Of a stretch of DNA of 48,402 nucleotides, positions 40,579 to 48,402 are shown piece after piece; position 1 is the first letter of the stretch; the number at the start of each line of letters is the position of its first letter. Below the pieces are notes generated by a model, which did not search any database, was not told where the DNA came from, and saw only the letters and a list, made by a program, of their open reading frames with translations. Position numbers and translations under genes: made by a program. Source of the DNA: Candidatus Omnitrophota bacterium. Its GTDB lineage: Bacteria; Omnitrophota; Gorgyraeia; Aquiviventales; Aquiviventaceae. The DNA lies in contig JACPAY010000007.1 in NCBI GenBank assembly GCA_016180575.1, forward strand, positions 77,642 to 126,043, given 5' to 3'.

Positions 40579-41366
40579 CGATCCCGGAACTGCGGCTGGC
40601 GCTTTTCCAGGAACGCGGTGACCCCTTCCCGGCTGTCTTCCGATGCCGCGACCGCCCCGAAGGCCTCCGCCTCCCTGGCCAGCCCCTCCTCGAGCGGCGC
40701 CTCGAGGCCTTGCTCAATGGCCCGGAGCGCCTGCGTGAGGGCAACGGCCCCTTTCGACGCGAGCTTCCTCGCCAGGTCCTTGGCGGCCTTGAGGACCTGG
40801 TCCTGGGGGACGACCTGGTTCACCAACCCCAACCGCAGCGCCTCCTGCGCGGTGACTATGTCGCCGGTCAGGATCCATTCAGTGGCCTTGGCTCGCCCGA
40901 TGAGCCGGGGCAGCCGCTGGGTCCCGCCCCAGCCGGGGATGATGCCGAGGTTGATCTCCGGCTGCCCGAACCGCGCCCGGTCGCCGCTGATGCGCAGATG
41001 AGCCGCCATCGCCAGCTCAAGGCCCCCGCCCAGGCAGACCCCGTTGATGGCCGCGATGACCGGCTTCGACAGGCGCTGCACCTTCAGGAACACCGACTGG
41101 CCGAGGGCCGCCATCGCCTTGGCCGCCTCCGCCGAACCGAGCTGGGACACCTCCTTGATGTCCGCCCCGGCCACGAACGCCAGCGACCCCCCGCCGGTCA
41201 GGACGACCACCTTCACCGTCGGCTCCGCCTGCAGCGCATCGGCCGCCTGTCCCAGCTCCTCAAGCGTCTTCCGATCGAGCGCATTGACCGGCCGGTGGTC
41301 GATGGTGACCACCGCGATGCGGTCCTCCACGGCGATCTTCACATGCTCTCCCGACGTCAATGCCAT
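40575..41366 (-). CDS. Enoyl-CoA hydratase
   Basis: FVAGADI, GGGLEL, GQPEINLGIIPGWGG; GAGGAG RBS. Confidence 0.95.
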   Translation of the reverse strand: MALTSGEHVKIAVEDRIAVVTIDHRPVNALDRKTLEELGQAADALQAEPTVKVVVLTGGGSLAFVAGADIKEVSQLGSAEAAKAMAALGQSVFLKVQRLSKPVIAAINGVCLGGGLELAMAAHLRISGDRARFGQPEINLGIIPGWGGTQRLPRLIGRAKATEWILTGDIVTAQEALRLGLVNQVVPQDQVLKAAKDLARKLASKGAVALTQALRAIEQGLEAPLEEGLAREAEAFGAVAASEDSREGVTAFLEKRQPQFRDR

Positions 41367-41376
41367 GGGGGCTCCT

Positions 41377-42603
41377 CTAGGATGCGGGGTGCTCAAAAAA
41401 TCCTTTCTTCGCTTTCCGTCCGAGATGGCCGGCCGCGACCTTCCGCTTCAGGAGGGGCGAGGGCCAGAAGCGCTCGCCGTGCGCCTTCGTGAACCGCTCC
41501 AATTCCGCGAGGACCGTGTCCAGCCCCACCTCATCCGCGTAGTGGAGGATCCCGCCTTTCGACTGGGGGAACCCGAGGCCCGCGATCACCGCGAGGTCCA
41601 CGTCGGCAGCGGTGCAGACATGCTCCTCGAGGCACCGGATCGCCTCGTTGACCATCGGCAGCACCAGGCGGTTCGCGGAGAACTCGCTCGGGGCCTTGCG
41701 CTGCCCGCGCAGCTCCTGCAGCACCGCCTCGAGCTCCGGATCCGGCTGCCCGGCCCGCTCCCCGTACAGGTAGAACCCCGCCCCCGATTTGACGCCGTAA
41801 CGTTTCAGCGCATAGAGGCGATCCCAGATGGGGGCGGGGTGCATCCGCGCGCCGTAGGCATCCAGCAGCACGTTGACCACCTCCCGGCAGACGTCAAAAC
41901 CGAGGCTGTCGACGAGCGTGAACGGCCCCATCGGAAACCCGAACTCCACCATCGCCTCGTCGATCTGCCGGGGGGCCGCCGCGCCTTCCTGCGCGCAGAA
42001 CGCCGCCTCGTTCAGGTAGGGCATCAGGATGCGGTTCACGAGGAAGCCGGGGCACTCGTTGACCCGCACCGGCAGCTTCCGGAGGCTCTCGGCGAAGGCG
42101 ATGATGTCCCCCGCGGTCTCCTCGGAGGTCTCCAGCCCTGGGATGACCTCGACGAGCTTCATGATGTGCGCCGGGTAGAAGAAGTGCATGCCGACGACTT
42201 TGTGCGGCCGCTTCGTCACGCCCCCCAGCGCGGAGATCGAGAGCGAGGAGGTGTTCGACGCCAGGACGGCCGACTCAGGCGTCGCGCCGTCCAGGTCCTG
42301 AAAGATCTGCCGCTTGAGATCCAGCCGCTCCGGGACCGCCTCGATCACGAGGTCCACGTCCTTGAACTCGTTGTAATCCGTCACGCCGGTGACCAGGGCC
42401 ATCTTCTTTTCCAGCTCGTCCTGCGTCATCTTGCCCCGGTCCACCCGCCGCTGGTAGATCTTCCGGATCACCGCGAGGCCCTGCTCGACCCTGGGCCGAT
42501 CCACGTCCTTGAGCAGGACCGGCACCCCGCTGAAGGTGATCGCCTGCGCGATCTCAGCGCCCATGGCCCCGGCCCCCACCACGGCGGTCTTGTAGATGTA
42601 CAT
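41377..42603 (-). CDS. 3-hydroxyacyl-CoA dehydrogenase with tandem C-terminal domains (FadB C-half-like)
   Basis: GAGAMG, IEAVPE, SNTSS, GMHFF, PGFLVNR, two PMGP/GG-type dimerisation domains. Confidence 0.93.
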   Translation of the reverse strand: MYIYKTAVVGAGAMGAEIAQAITFSGVPVLLKDVDRPRVEQGLAVIRKIYQRRVDRGKMTQDELEKKMALVTGVTDYNEFKDVDLVIEAVPERLDLKRQIFQDLDGATPESAVLASNTSSLSISALGGVTKRPHKVVGMHFFYPAHIMKLVEVIPGLETSEETAGDIIAFAESLRKLPVRVNECPGFLVNRILMPYLNEAAFCAQEGAAAPRQIDEAMVEFGFPMGPFTLVDSLGFDVCREVVNVLLDAYGARMHPAPIWDRLYALKRYGVKSGAGFYLYGERAGQPDPELEAVLQELRGQRKAPSEFSANRLVLPMVNEAIRCLEEHVCTAADVDLAVIAGLGFPQSKGGILHYADEVGLDTVLAELERFTKAHGERFWPSPLLKRKVAAGHLGRKAKKGFFEHPAS

Positions 42604-43796
42604 CAGACGCGCTCGAAGACCATGGCGGCGCCCTGCCCCCCGCCGACGCAGGCGGTCGCCACCCCCAGCGAGACCTGGCGGCGCTTCATCTCATGGAGCA
42701 GGGTGATGACGATCCGCGCGCCGCTCGCCCCCACCGGATGGCCGAGCGCGATCGCGCCGCCGTTGACGTTCGTGATGTCGCGGGAAAACCCCATCACCTT
42801 CTCGCACGCGAGGAAGGTCGCCGCGAACGCCTCGTTGAGCTCGAGGAGCTGGATGTCCTTGAGCGTGCAGCCGGCCTTCTTGAGCGCCGCCGGCACCGCC
42901 AGCGTCGGGCCCAGGCCCATGCGCTCCGGCTCCAACCCGGCGAACGCGTAGGCCCGCACCTTGGCGAGCGGCGTGTAGCCGAGCGCCTTGGCCTTCTCCG
43001 CGGACATCACGAGCACGACGGCCGCCCCATCCGCGTTGAAGCAGCTGTTCCCCGACGTGACCGAGCCCCCCTCCTTGAACACGGGCGGGTACTGGCTCAG
43101 GAGCTGCTCAGTCAATCCGGGGTTGATTCCCTCATCCTGGGTGAACGGCTCCGGCGGCAGGTCGCGGCCCATGGCCCGCTTCGGGACCATCACCGCCGCC
43201 AGCTCATCCTTGAACCGCTGCTCGCGGGTGGCGCGGAACGCGCGCTGATGCGAGAGGAGCGCGAACCGGTCTTGCTCCGCGCGGCTGATCGCAAACTCCG
43301 CCACGAGGTTCTCGGCAGTCTGACCCATGATCTGGCCGCACACCGGGTCGGTGAGCCCCTCCCAGATGGAGTCGATCATCTCGGCATGGCGCAACCGCTT
43401 GCCCCACCGGAGGTCCCGGCTGACATAGGGGGCGGCGCTCATGCACTCCGCCCCCCCGGCGAGCTGCACGTCGCGGTCGCCGCAGCGGATGTTCTGGCAC
43501 GCGCTGGCGATCGCCTGCAGGCCGGAGGCGCAGTTGCGCTGGACGGTGAACGCGGGCACCGGATTCGGGATCCCGGCCCGGAGCGCGATGACCCGGGCGA
43601 TGTTCGGCGCGTCGGATGCCTGCCCGACGCACCCGAAGATGACCTCCTCGACGTCCGCCGGCTTGAGGTTCGTGCGCGACAGGAGCGCGCGGACCACCGT
43701 CTCACCCAACGTTTGGGCGGTCAAGGACTTGAGGGCGCCGCCGAAGACCCCTTGGGGAGTGCGGACCCCGTCGACGATCACAATGTCATGCGCCAT
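42603..43796 (-). CDS. Acetyl-CoA C-acyltransferase (thiolase)
   Basis: RNCASG, NEAFA, GHPVGASG, CVGGGQG. Confidence 0.96.
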   Translation of the reverse strand: MAHDIVIVDGVRTPQGVFGGALKSLTAQTLGETVVRALLSRTNLKPADVEEVIFGCVGQASDAPNIARVIALRAGIPNPVPAFTVQRNCASGLQAIASACQNIRCGDRDVQLAGGAECMSAAPYVSRDLRWGKRLRHAEMIDSIWEGLTDPVCGQIMGQTAENLVAEFAISRAEQDRFALLSHQRAFRATREQRFKDELAAVMVPKRAMGRDLPPEPFTQDEGINPGLTEQLLSQYPPVFKEGGSVTSGNSCFNADGAAVVLVMSAEKAKALGYTPLAKVRAYAFAGLEPERMGLGPTLAVPAALKKAGCTLKDIQLLELNEAFAATFLACEKVMGFSRDITNVNGGAIALGHPVGASGARIVITLLHEMKRRQVSLGVATACVGGGQGAAMVFERV

Positions 43797-43832
43797 GCGC
43801 TCTCCTCGTGCTCTTGATCGTCATCTCCCACC

Positions 43833-43861
43833 ATCGTACTGGCCGTGTCAGGGGTTGTCAA
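43833..43861 (-). promoter_or_regulatory. Internal promoter for the beta-oxidation genes
   Basis: TTGACA-17 nt-TACGAT with the -35 in the last patatin codons; GAGGAG RBS before the thiolase. Confidence 0.75.
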
Positions 43862-46022
43862 CGTCCCGCATCCCCGCAATTCGCTTCAGCTCAGCGAGAT
43901 AGCGCAACGCCTCTTCCTCGCCGCGCCGGATGAACGGCTCAGGGTTGAAGAACTCCAGCCAATGGGAGCCGGGCACGGTCGGCCGGAGGGTCAGGTCCGC
44001 CTCGCGGCACGCCACGTCCGCGATCTGATGCTCCATGGACTGCATCGAGCGCATGATGACGTCGAAGACCAGCGGCGACACCGACCGCACCAGCTCCTGG
44101 CGAATCCGGTAGAGGAGCCGGACGGGCAGGGGCCGCGACGCCAGCTGGGCATCCCGCTCCAGGCGCCGGCGCTGGACGATCTGCCGGTGCGCGGCCAGCT
44201 CCTGCGTGGTCGGGAAGACGTTGACCGCGATGACGTGGTGCGCCCCGGCCTGTTTGAGGACGCTCACCGGGATGGGGTTCACCACCCCGCCATCCAGGCA
44301 GATCTTGCCCTTCAGGCGCACCGGCTTGAAGATGCCCGGGATCGAGACCGATGCCCGCACCGCTTCCGCCAGCGGCCCGGACTCGAAGATGACCTCCTCG
44401 CGCGCCATCGGATTGGCGGCCACAATCTTGAGCGGCAGCCACGTGTCCTCGAACGTCTTGCCCGCAAAATCCTGCGTCAGCTTCGCCATCAGCCGCGCCC
44501 CCTGGATCGGGCCCCCGGAGAGCGGCCCCAGGAGGACGCCGAACGCGACGCTGACCATGAACCCGAAGAGCAGCCCGGTCCAGAACCCGCCAAGCCACCC
44601 GACGCCGAGGCCCGCCAGCGCCCCGAGCACCACGCTGAAGAGGGGAATCCCCAGGTCCAGGATGAAGAGCCGCCGGATGCTCCAGGGGCTTTTGAACTCC
44701 AGCGCCAAGCGCTCCAGATCCGCCGCGGAGCGGCCCGACGCCCACAGGCCGGCGATCAAGGCGCCGATGCTGGTGCCGGCTACCATGTCCACGGGAATCC
44801 GCTCCCGCTCGATAACCTTCAGGACGCCGATGTGCGCCAGGCCCAGCGCCGCCCCGGACCCGAGCGCCAGGCCCACGAGCGACCCGGCCAGCTCCCGGGC
44901 GATGCGCCGGATCGTCAGCGCGTACGGGGAGCTGCGGCTGCTCAGCAGATGCGCCAGCTCCGCCGGGGTGAACGACTTCTTGGCGGCGCTGACGTGGGGC
45001 AGCGTGAAGGCGAGCGGCTCCTCGAGCTGCTGCACGATGTCCTCCAGGCTGAGCCGCCATTCCCCCGGCCCGGCCAGCATGGTGAGCACCACCTTCAGCC
45101 GCTGCTCGGCCGAGCCGACCGCCGCCCGGACCTGCTTGATGAGGGCGTTGGTGCGGACCACGTGCTCCCGCTGCGGCCCCAGGAGCAGGTAGATGAGGTC
45201 GGACTGCGTCAAGGCCTTGAGGACCGCAGGATCGAGCCGCACGGGGAGGTCGATCAGCACGTACTGAAACCGATTGGTCAGGAAGCTGAGCAGCGGAGCG
45301 ATGGCCTGCTCCCCGCTGGGCGTCGTGAGGAGCTCGCCCGCCGAGACGACGCGGAACCCCAGCGGATGCGTGATGACCGCGGTCTCGAACGCCTCTTCGA
45401 TGGGAACCGTGAGCAGCAGGTCGGGCGTGAGGGAGGGCGTCGTCCCGCTGCAATCCACCACCACCACATCGCGCCCCGTCTCCCGGCCCAGGGTGGCGGC
45501 CAAGGCGGTCGTGAACGCAGTGCGGCCCACCCCCCGCTCGGCGCTGCAGACCGCCGCGATCATCGCCTCCGTGAACTCCCGTCCCCGGTTCCTCGCCCGC
45601 AGCCGCTTCGAGAGCAGCCGGCTGAGATAGAGCACGAGCGACGGGACGCGGTTGATGACGGTGTCGAACTCCCGCTTCTCCAGCTGGAGGACGAGCGTGT
45701 CGTTGATCGCCTGCACGTGCGCCGAATGGGACTCGCCGGTCAGCAGCGAGATCTCCCCGAAGGAGTCCCCGTTATGGAACACCGCTAGCGTCTTCTCCGG
45801 CCCATCGGCCTGCGTGAAGACGCGGAGCCTTCCTGAGCTGATGATGTAGAAGGCCTCCGCCGCCTCGCCCTCGCGGTAGACGAACTCCCCCTTCTTGTAC
45901 TCGACCAGCCGGGTGCGGTCGGCGATGAAGTGCAGCTGCTCCTCGGTGCAGGACGCGAAGACCGGCACCCGCTTGAGGATGAGGACCTTGTCCTGCGGGC
46001 GGGGCGATTCGAACGCGGTCAT
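43848..46022 (-). CDS. Cyclic-nucleotide-binding / ParA-like / patatin phospholipase fusion
   Basis: cNMP GDSFGEISLL; degenerate Walker A SAERGVGRT and VLID; patatin GSGAALG, GTSIG, DGG. Confidence 0.88.
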   Translation of the reverse strand: MTAFESPRPQDKVLILKRVPVFASCTEEQLHFIADRTRLVEYKKGEFVYREGEAAEAFYIISSGRLRVFTQADGPEKTLAVFHNGDSFGEISLLTGESHSAHVQAINDTLVLQLEKREFDTVINRVPSLVLYLSRLLSKRLRARNRGREFTEAMIAAVCSAERGVGRTAFTTALAATLGRETGRDVVVVDCSGTTPSLTPDLLLTVPIEEAFETAVITHPLGFRVVSAGELLTTPSGEQAIAPLLSFLTNRFQYVLIDLPVRLDPAVLKALTQSDLIYLLLGPQREHVVRTNALIKQVRAAVGSAEQRLKVVLTMLAGPGEWRLSLEDIVQQLEEPLAFTLPHVSAAKKSFTPAELAHLLSSRSSPYALTIRRIARELAGSLVGLALGSGAALGLAHIGVLKVIERERIPVDMVAGTSIGALIAGLWASGRSAADLERLALEFKSPWSIRRLFILDLGIPLFSVVLGALAGLGVGWLGGFWTGLLFGFMVSVAFGVLLGPLSGGPIQGARLMAKLTQDFAGKTFEDTWLPLKIVAANPMAREEVIFESGPLAEAVRASVSIPGIFKPVRLKGKICLDGGVVNPIPVSVLKQAGAHHVIAVNVFPTTQELAAHRQIVQRRRLERDAQLASRPLPVRLLYRIRQELVRSVSPLVFDVIMRSMQSMEHQIADVACREADLTLRPTVPGSHWLEFFNPEPFIRRGEEEALRYLAELKRIAGMRDVDNP

Positions 46023-46747
46023 CCCCTGCCTCCGAGCCCGCGGCGGATCCGCCGGGGGTCGTTGGTGAAGAGCCCGTCAACGCCCCGGCGGGCGAGGCGC
46101 CGCGCCCGCGCGGGCTCATCGACGGTCCAGGCGTGGACCCGCAGACCGGCCGCATGCGCCCGGGTGATCCGCGCCGCGGTGGCCAGCGTGTGCAGCGGAT
46201 GCCAGGCGGCGCAGCGCAATTGGATGGCTTGGCGAAGCGACCGGTCCGGCTCCTCGCGGCAGAGCAAGGCGAGCGCGACGCGCTGCGAGCGCAGCGGGCG
46301 CAGAAGCGCGGGATCGAAGGAGGAGCAGAGGACCCGGCGGCCGGCGCGCGCGCGGCGGATGACGCGCACCAGGCGGCGCAGGAGCGCGGCTCGGCGAGTG
46401 GTGCGTTTCAACTCGAGGTTGATACGCAGACGAGCCGGCGCCAGGCGCAGCGCCTGGGACACCAGCAGGATGCGCTCGCCCGCGAACCGCGGATGGAACC
46501 ACGAGCCGGCGTCCAGCCGCGCCAGCGCCCGGAAGCGGGCCTCACGCACGCGGCCCGCGCCGTTGGTCGTGCGCTCGAGGCGCTCGTCGTGAAACACCAC
46601 CAGGCGGCCGTCCCGCGTCATCTGGACATCCAGCTCCACCATGCGCGCCCCGGCCCGCGCAGCCTCGCGGATGGCGGCGCGCGTGCCTTCCGGGGCGACA
46701 GCCGAGGCGCCGCGATGGGCGATGATGAGGATCCGGCGCCGGCTCAT
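46019..46747 (-). CDS. Glycerophosphodiester phosphodiesterase
   Basis: IAHRGAS, VELDV, VVFHD, NLELK, WTVD, GLFTN. Confidence 0.95.
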   Translation of the reverse strand: MSRRRILIIAHRGASAVAPEGTRAAIREAARAGARMVELDVQMTRDGRLVVFHDERLERTTNGAGRVREARFRALARLDAGSWFHPRFAGERILLVSQALRLAPARLRINLELKRTTRRAALLRRLVRVIRRARAGRRVLCSSFDPALLRPLRSQRVALALLCREEPDRSLRQAIQLRCAAWHPLHTLATAARITRAHAAGLRVHAWTVDEPARARRLARRGVDGLFTNDPRRIRRGLGGRG

Positions 46748-47544
46748 GAGCTCGTCCGCCGCAGCGTCACCGCATCGCCCCGCCTGGCGCCCAGCAGGCG
46801 CGCGGCCGAGCCGTTGCGCACCGCCAGTTCCATCAGCCCCAGCGCCCCGGCCACCGCCACCAATTGGCGCGGGCCGCCCTCGGCATACGATGATACCACA
46901 GGCGCGGTTCGATGACGGCACGCAAGCCGCGCGGACCGGGCCGCCGAGCCGGCCGGCAGCCACCGCTGGGCCTTGAGATTGGTGATCAGGTTGCCGAAGG
47001 CGTCGATGTGGATGACCCGGCCCGCCACGATCCGTCCCCGCTGCACGACAGGCGGCAAGGCCAGCGGTGTGGCGCGGTGCGGGGGGCCGAGGCGGCGCAG
47101 CGCGCCGCCCCGCGCGAGATACGCGGCGACCGGCGCCATGATGTCCCGTCCATGGAACGTCCGTCCGATCTCCGGCAGCCAGTAGCGGGGCTTCGTCAAC
47201 CGGACGACGCGGCGGCGGTTCGCCCGCGCGAGGGCGAGCCCCAACAGGCCGTTATCCGGACCCACGAGGAAGCGGCCGTCCGCCTGCGCGGCGAGCACGG
47301 CGCGGCCGGTCCCCACCCCGGGGTCCACCACCGCCACGACGACCGTGCCCGGGGGAAGCCACGGGAGCGCCGCCGCCAGGGTGAACGCGCCGGCCACCAC
47401 GTCCTGCGGCGGAATCTCGTGCGTGATGTCCACGAACCGGACGCGGGGCGCCCGGGAGGCGATCACCCCCTTGACGGCGGCGACGTACCAGTCCCGCGTC
47501 CCGAAATCGGTGAGCAGCGCGACGAGTCCCGGGCCCGCGGTCAT
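46744..47544 (-). CDS. SAM hydroxide adenosyltransferase (DUF62)
   Basis: LLTDFG, VVDPGVGTGR, TFHGRD (Asp-Arg-His triad), IDAFGNLITN. Confidence 0.9.
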   Translation of the reverse strand: MTAGPGLVALLTDFGTRDWYVAAVKGVIASRAPRVRFVDITHEIPPQDVVAGAFTLAAALPWLPPGTVVVAVVDPGVGTGRAVLAAQADGRFLVGPDNGLLGLALARANRRRVVRLTKPRYWLPEIGRTFHGRDIMAPVAAYLARGGALRRLGPPHRATPLALPPVVQRGRIVAGRVIHIDAFGNLITNLKAQRWLPAGSAARSARLACRHRTAPVVSSYAEGGPRQLVAVAGALGLMELAVRNGSAARLLGARRGDAVTLRRTSS

Positions 47545-48395
47545 CGCAGCGTCCGATCGAAGAACTCGGCGACCCGCCGGCCGTATTCCTCCGGGTGGCG
47601 GGCGAACATGCCGACGTGCACGACGTGGGGCTCGAACCAGCGCTCTTTCGGTCCGGCCCACCGCTGGAAGAACTCGCGTCCCAACAGGGGCACCACCCGC
47701 CGGTCTTCCCCGCCCTGGATCGCCAGGAGCGGCTGGCCAAGCCGCGGGGCGAGGGCCGCCGGATCCCGGGGAGCCAATCGGGCGCGGAGGACGGTCTGCG
47801 CGCCCCACCAGGTCAGCCAGGCCCACGGGACAGCGGGCAGGCGGTACTGGCGCCGGATCGACCGCTGCACGACGGGAAACAGCCGGGAGTAGACGGAGTC
47901 CACCACGACGGCCCGGACGTCAGGATCGCGGGCGGCCACCTGGCAGGCGACCGCGCCCCCCATCGAGAACCCGAGCACCCCGACGGGGAGCGGGGTCCCC
48001 TCGCGCCCGCGCGCCCACGCCAGCGCCTGCAGCGCATCGTCCGTTTCCCGCACGCCGAGCGTGCAGGGGCCCGGCCGCTCGCCGTGGCCCCGCAGCTCAA
48101 CGAGGAGCACTTCGTAGCCCCGAGCGCGCAGGGCCTCGGCGACGTCCAGCACTTGGTTTCGGTTCGCGTAAAACCCGTGGCAGAGGAGCAGCCGGGCGCG
48201 CGGCGCGGGGCTGTCCAGCTGCCAGACCGTGAAGGGGACCCCGTCCCGAGCCGTGAGGGTGTGCGTCTTGAGGAGGGGCGGGCGGGCCGGCGGGGGGATG
48301 GCGCGCCGCTCAGGGTGCAGGAGCCGGCGAACCGAACCCGCGGTCCAGCTCACCAGCGTCAGCCCGACGGCGACGACAACGAGGAGGAGCCACAC
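47541..48395 (-). CDS. Membrane-anchored alpha/beta hydrolase
   Basis: CHG, LRGHG, GFSMGG, IQGGED, VVH; in-frame TAA just upstream, so the ORF is complete. Confidence 0.9.
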   Translation of the reverse strand: MWLLLVVVAVGLTLVSWTAGSVRRLLHPERRAIPPPARPPLLKTHTLTARDGVPFTVWQLDSPAPRARLLLCHGFYANRNQVLDVAEALRARGYEVLLVELRGHGERPGPCTLGVRETDDALQALAWARGREGTPLPVGVLGFSMGGAVACQVAARDPDVRAVVVDSVYSRLFPVVQRSIRRQYRLPAVPWAWLTWWGAQTVLRARLAPRDPAALAPRLGQPLLAIQGGEDRRVVPLLGREFFQRWAGPKERWFEPHVVHVGMFARHPEEYGRRVAEFFDRTLR

Positions 48396-48402
48396 GGGTT
48401 AA

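Noticed and set aside
41366-41410. Frameshift at a T6 run fusing the 3-hydroxyacyl-CoA DH to the hydratase
   Set aside because: The hydratase has its own GAGGAG RBS and ATG, and there is no stimulatory structure
46744-47544. SAM-dependent chlorinase/fluorinase
   Set aside because: The Asp-Arg-His triad with TFHGRD marks the DUF62 hydroxide adenosyltransferases

Overview
High-GC (about 70% by eye) chromosomal window from a diderm bacterium; gene content and order suggest Candidatus Omnitrophota/PVC (inference). The + strand (1-27.2 kb) carries LOG-dnaE-HU-hisS-aspS-LysM lipoprotein-phoH-ybeY-recO-(lower-GC Cys-rich orphan)-glyQ-glyS-ppdK-sigma70-tRNA-Arg(CCT). It continues with an outer-membrane beta-barrel, GH57, ino1, CPBP, HAD, a TIGR04073-like protein and DUF3108. 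The - strand (27.3-48.4 kb) is a tightly coupled 20-gene run. It combines a phospholipid-breakdown and beta-oxidation set (GDPD, cNMP-ParA-like-patatin, thiolase, 3-hydroxyacyl-CoA DH, enoyl-CoA hydratase, D-2-hydroxyacid DH, acyl-CoA DH, FadD, lysophospholipase) with polX, era, NUDIX, yqeY, a ferredoxin and a tRNA-binding protein. No transposase, integrase or CRISPR array is visible. The most unusual signal is several families of small palindromic elements in the housekeeping half. (i) Inverted heptamer arrays sit at four gene junctions. (ii) CTGYCTGC...CAGGCAGGC hairpins are inserted in frame, in the same register, in dnaE, hisS and ppdK. (iii) A ~100-nt rod-like element occurs twice, in frame with aspS and phoH, and appears to replace the PhoH N-terminus. 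(iv) A hairpin with a 7-nt direct repeat lies in the sigma-factor tail. All calls come from reading motifs; no searches were run.
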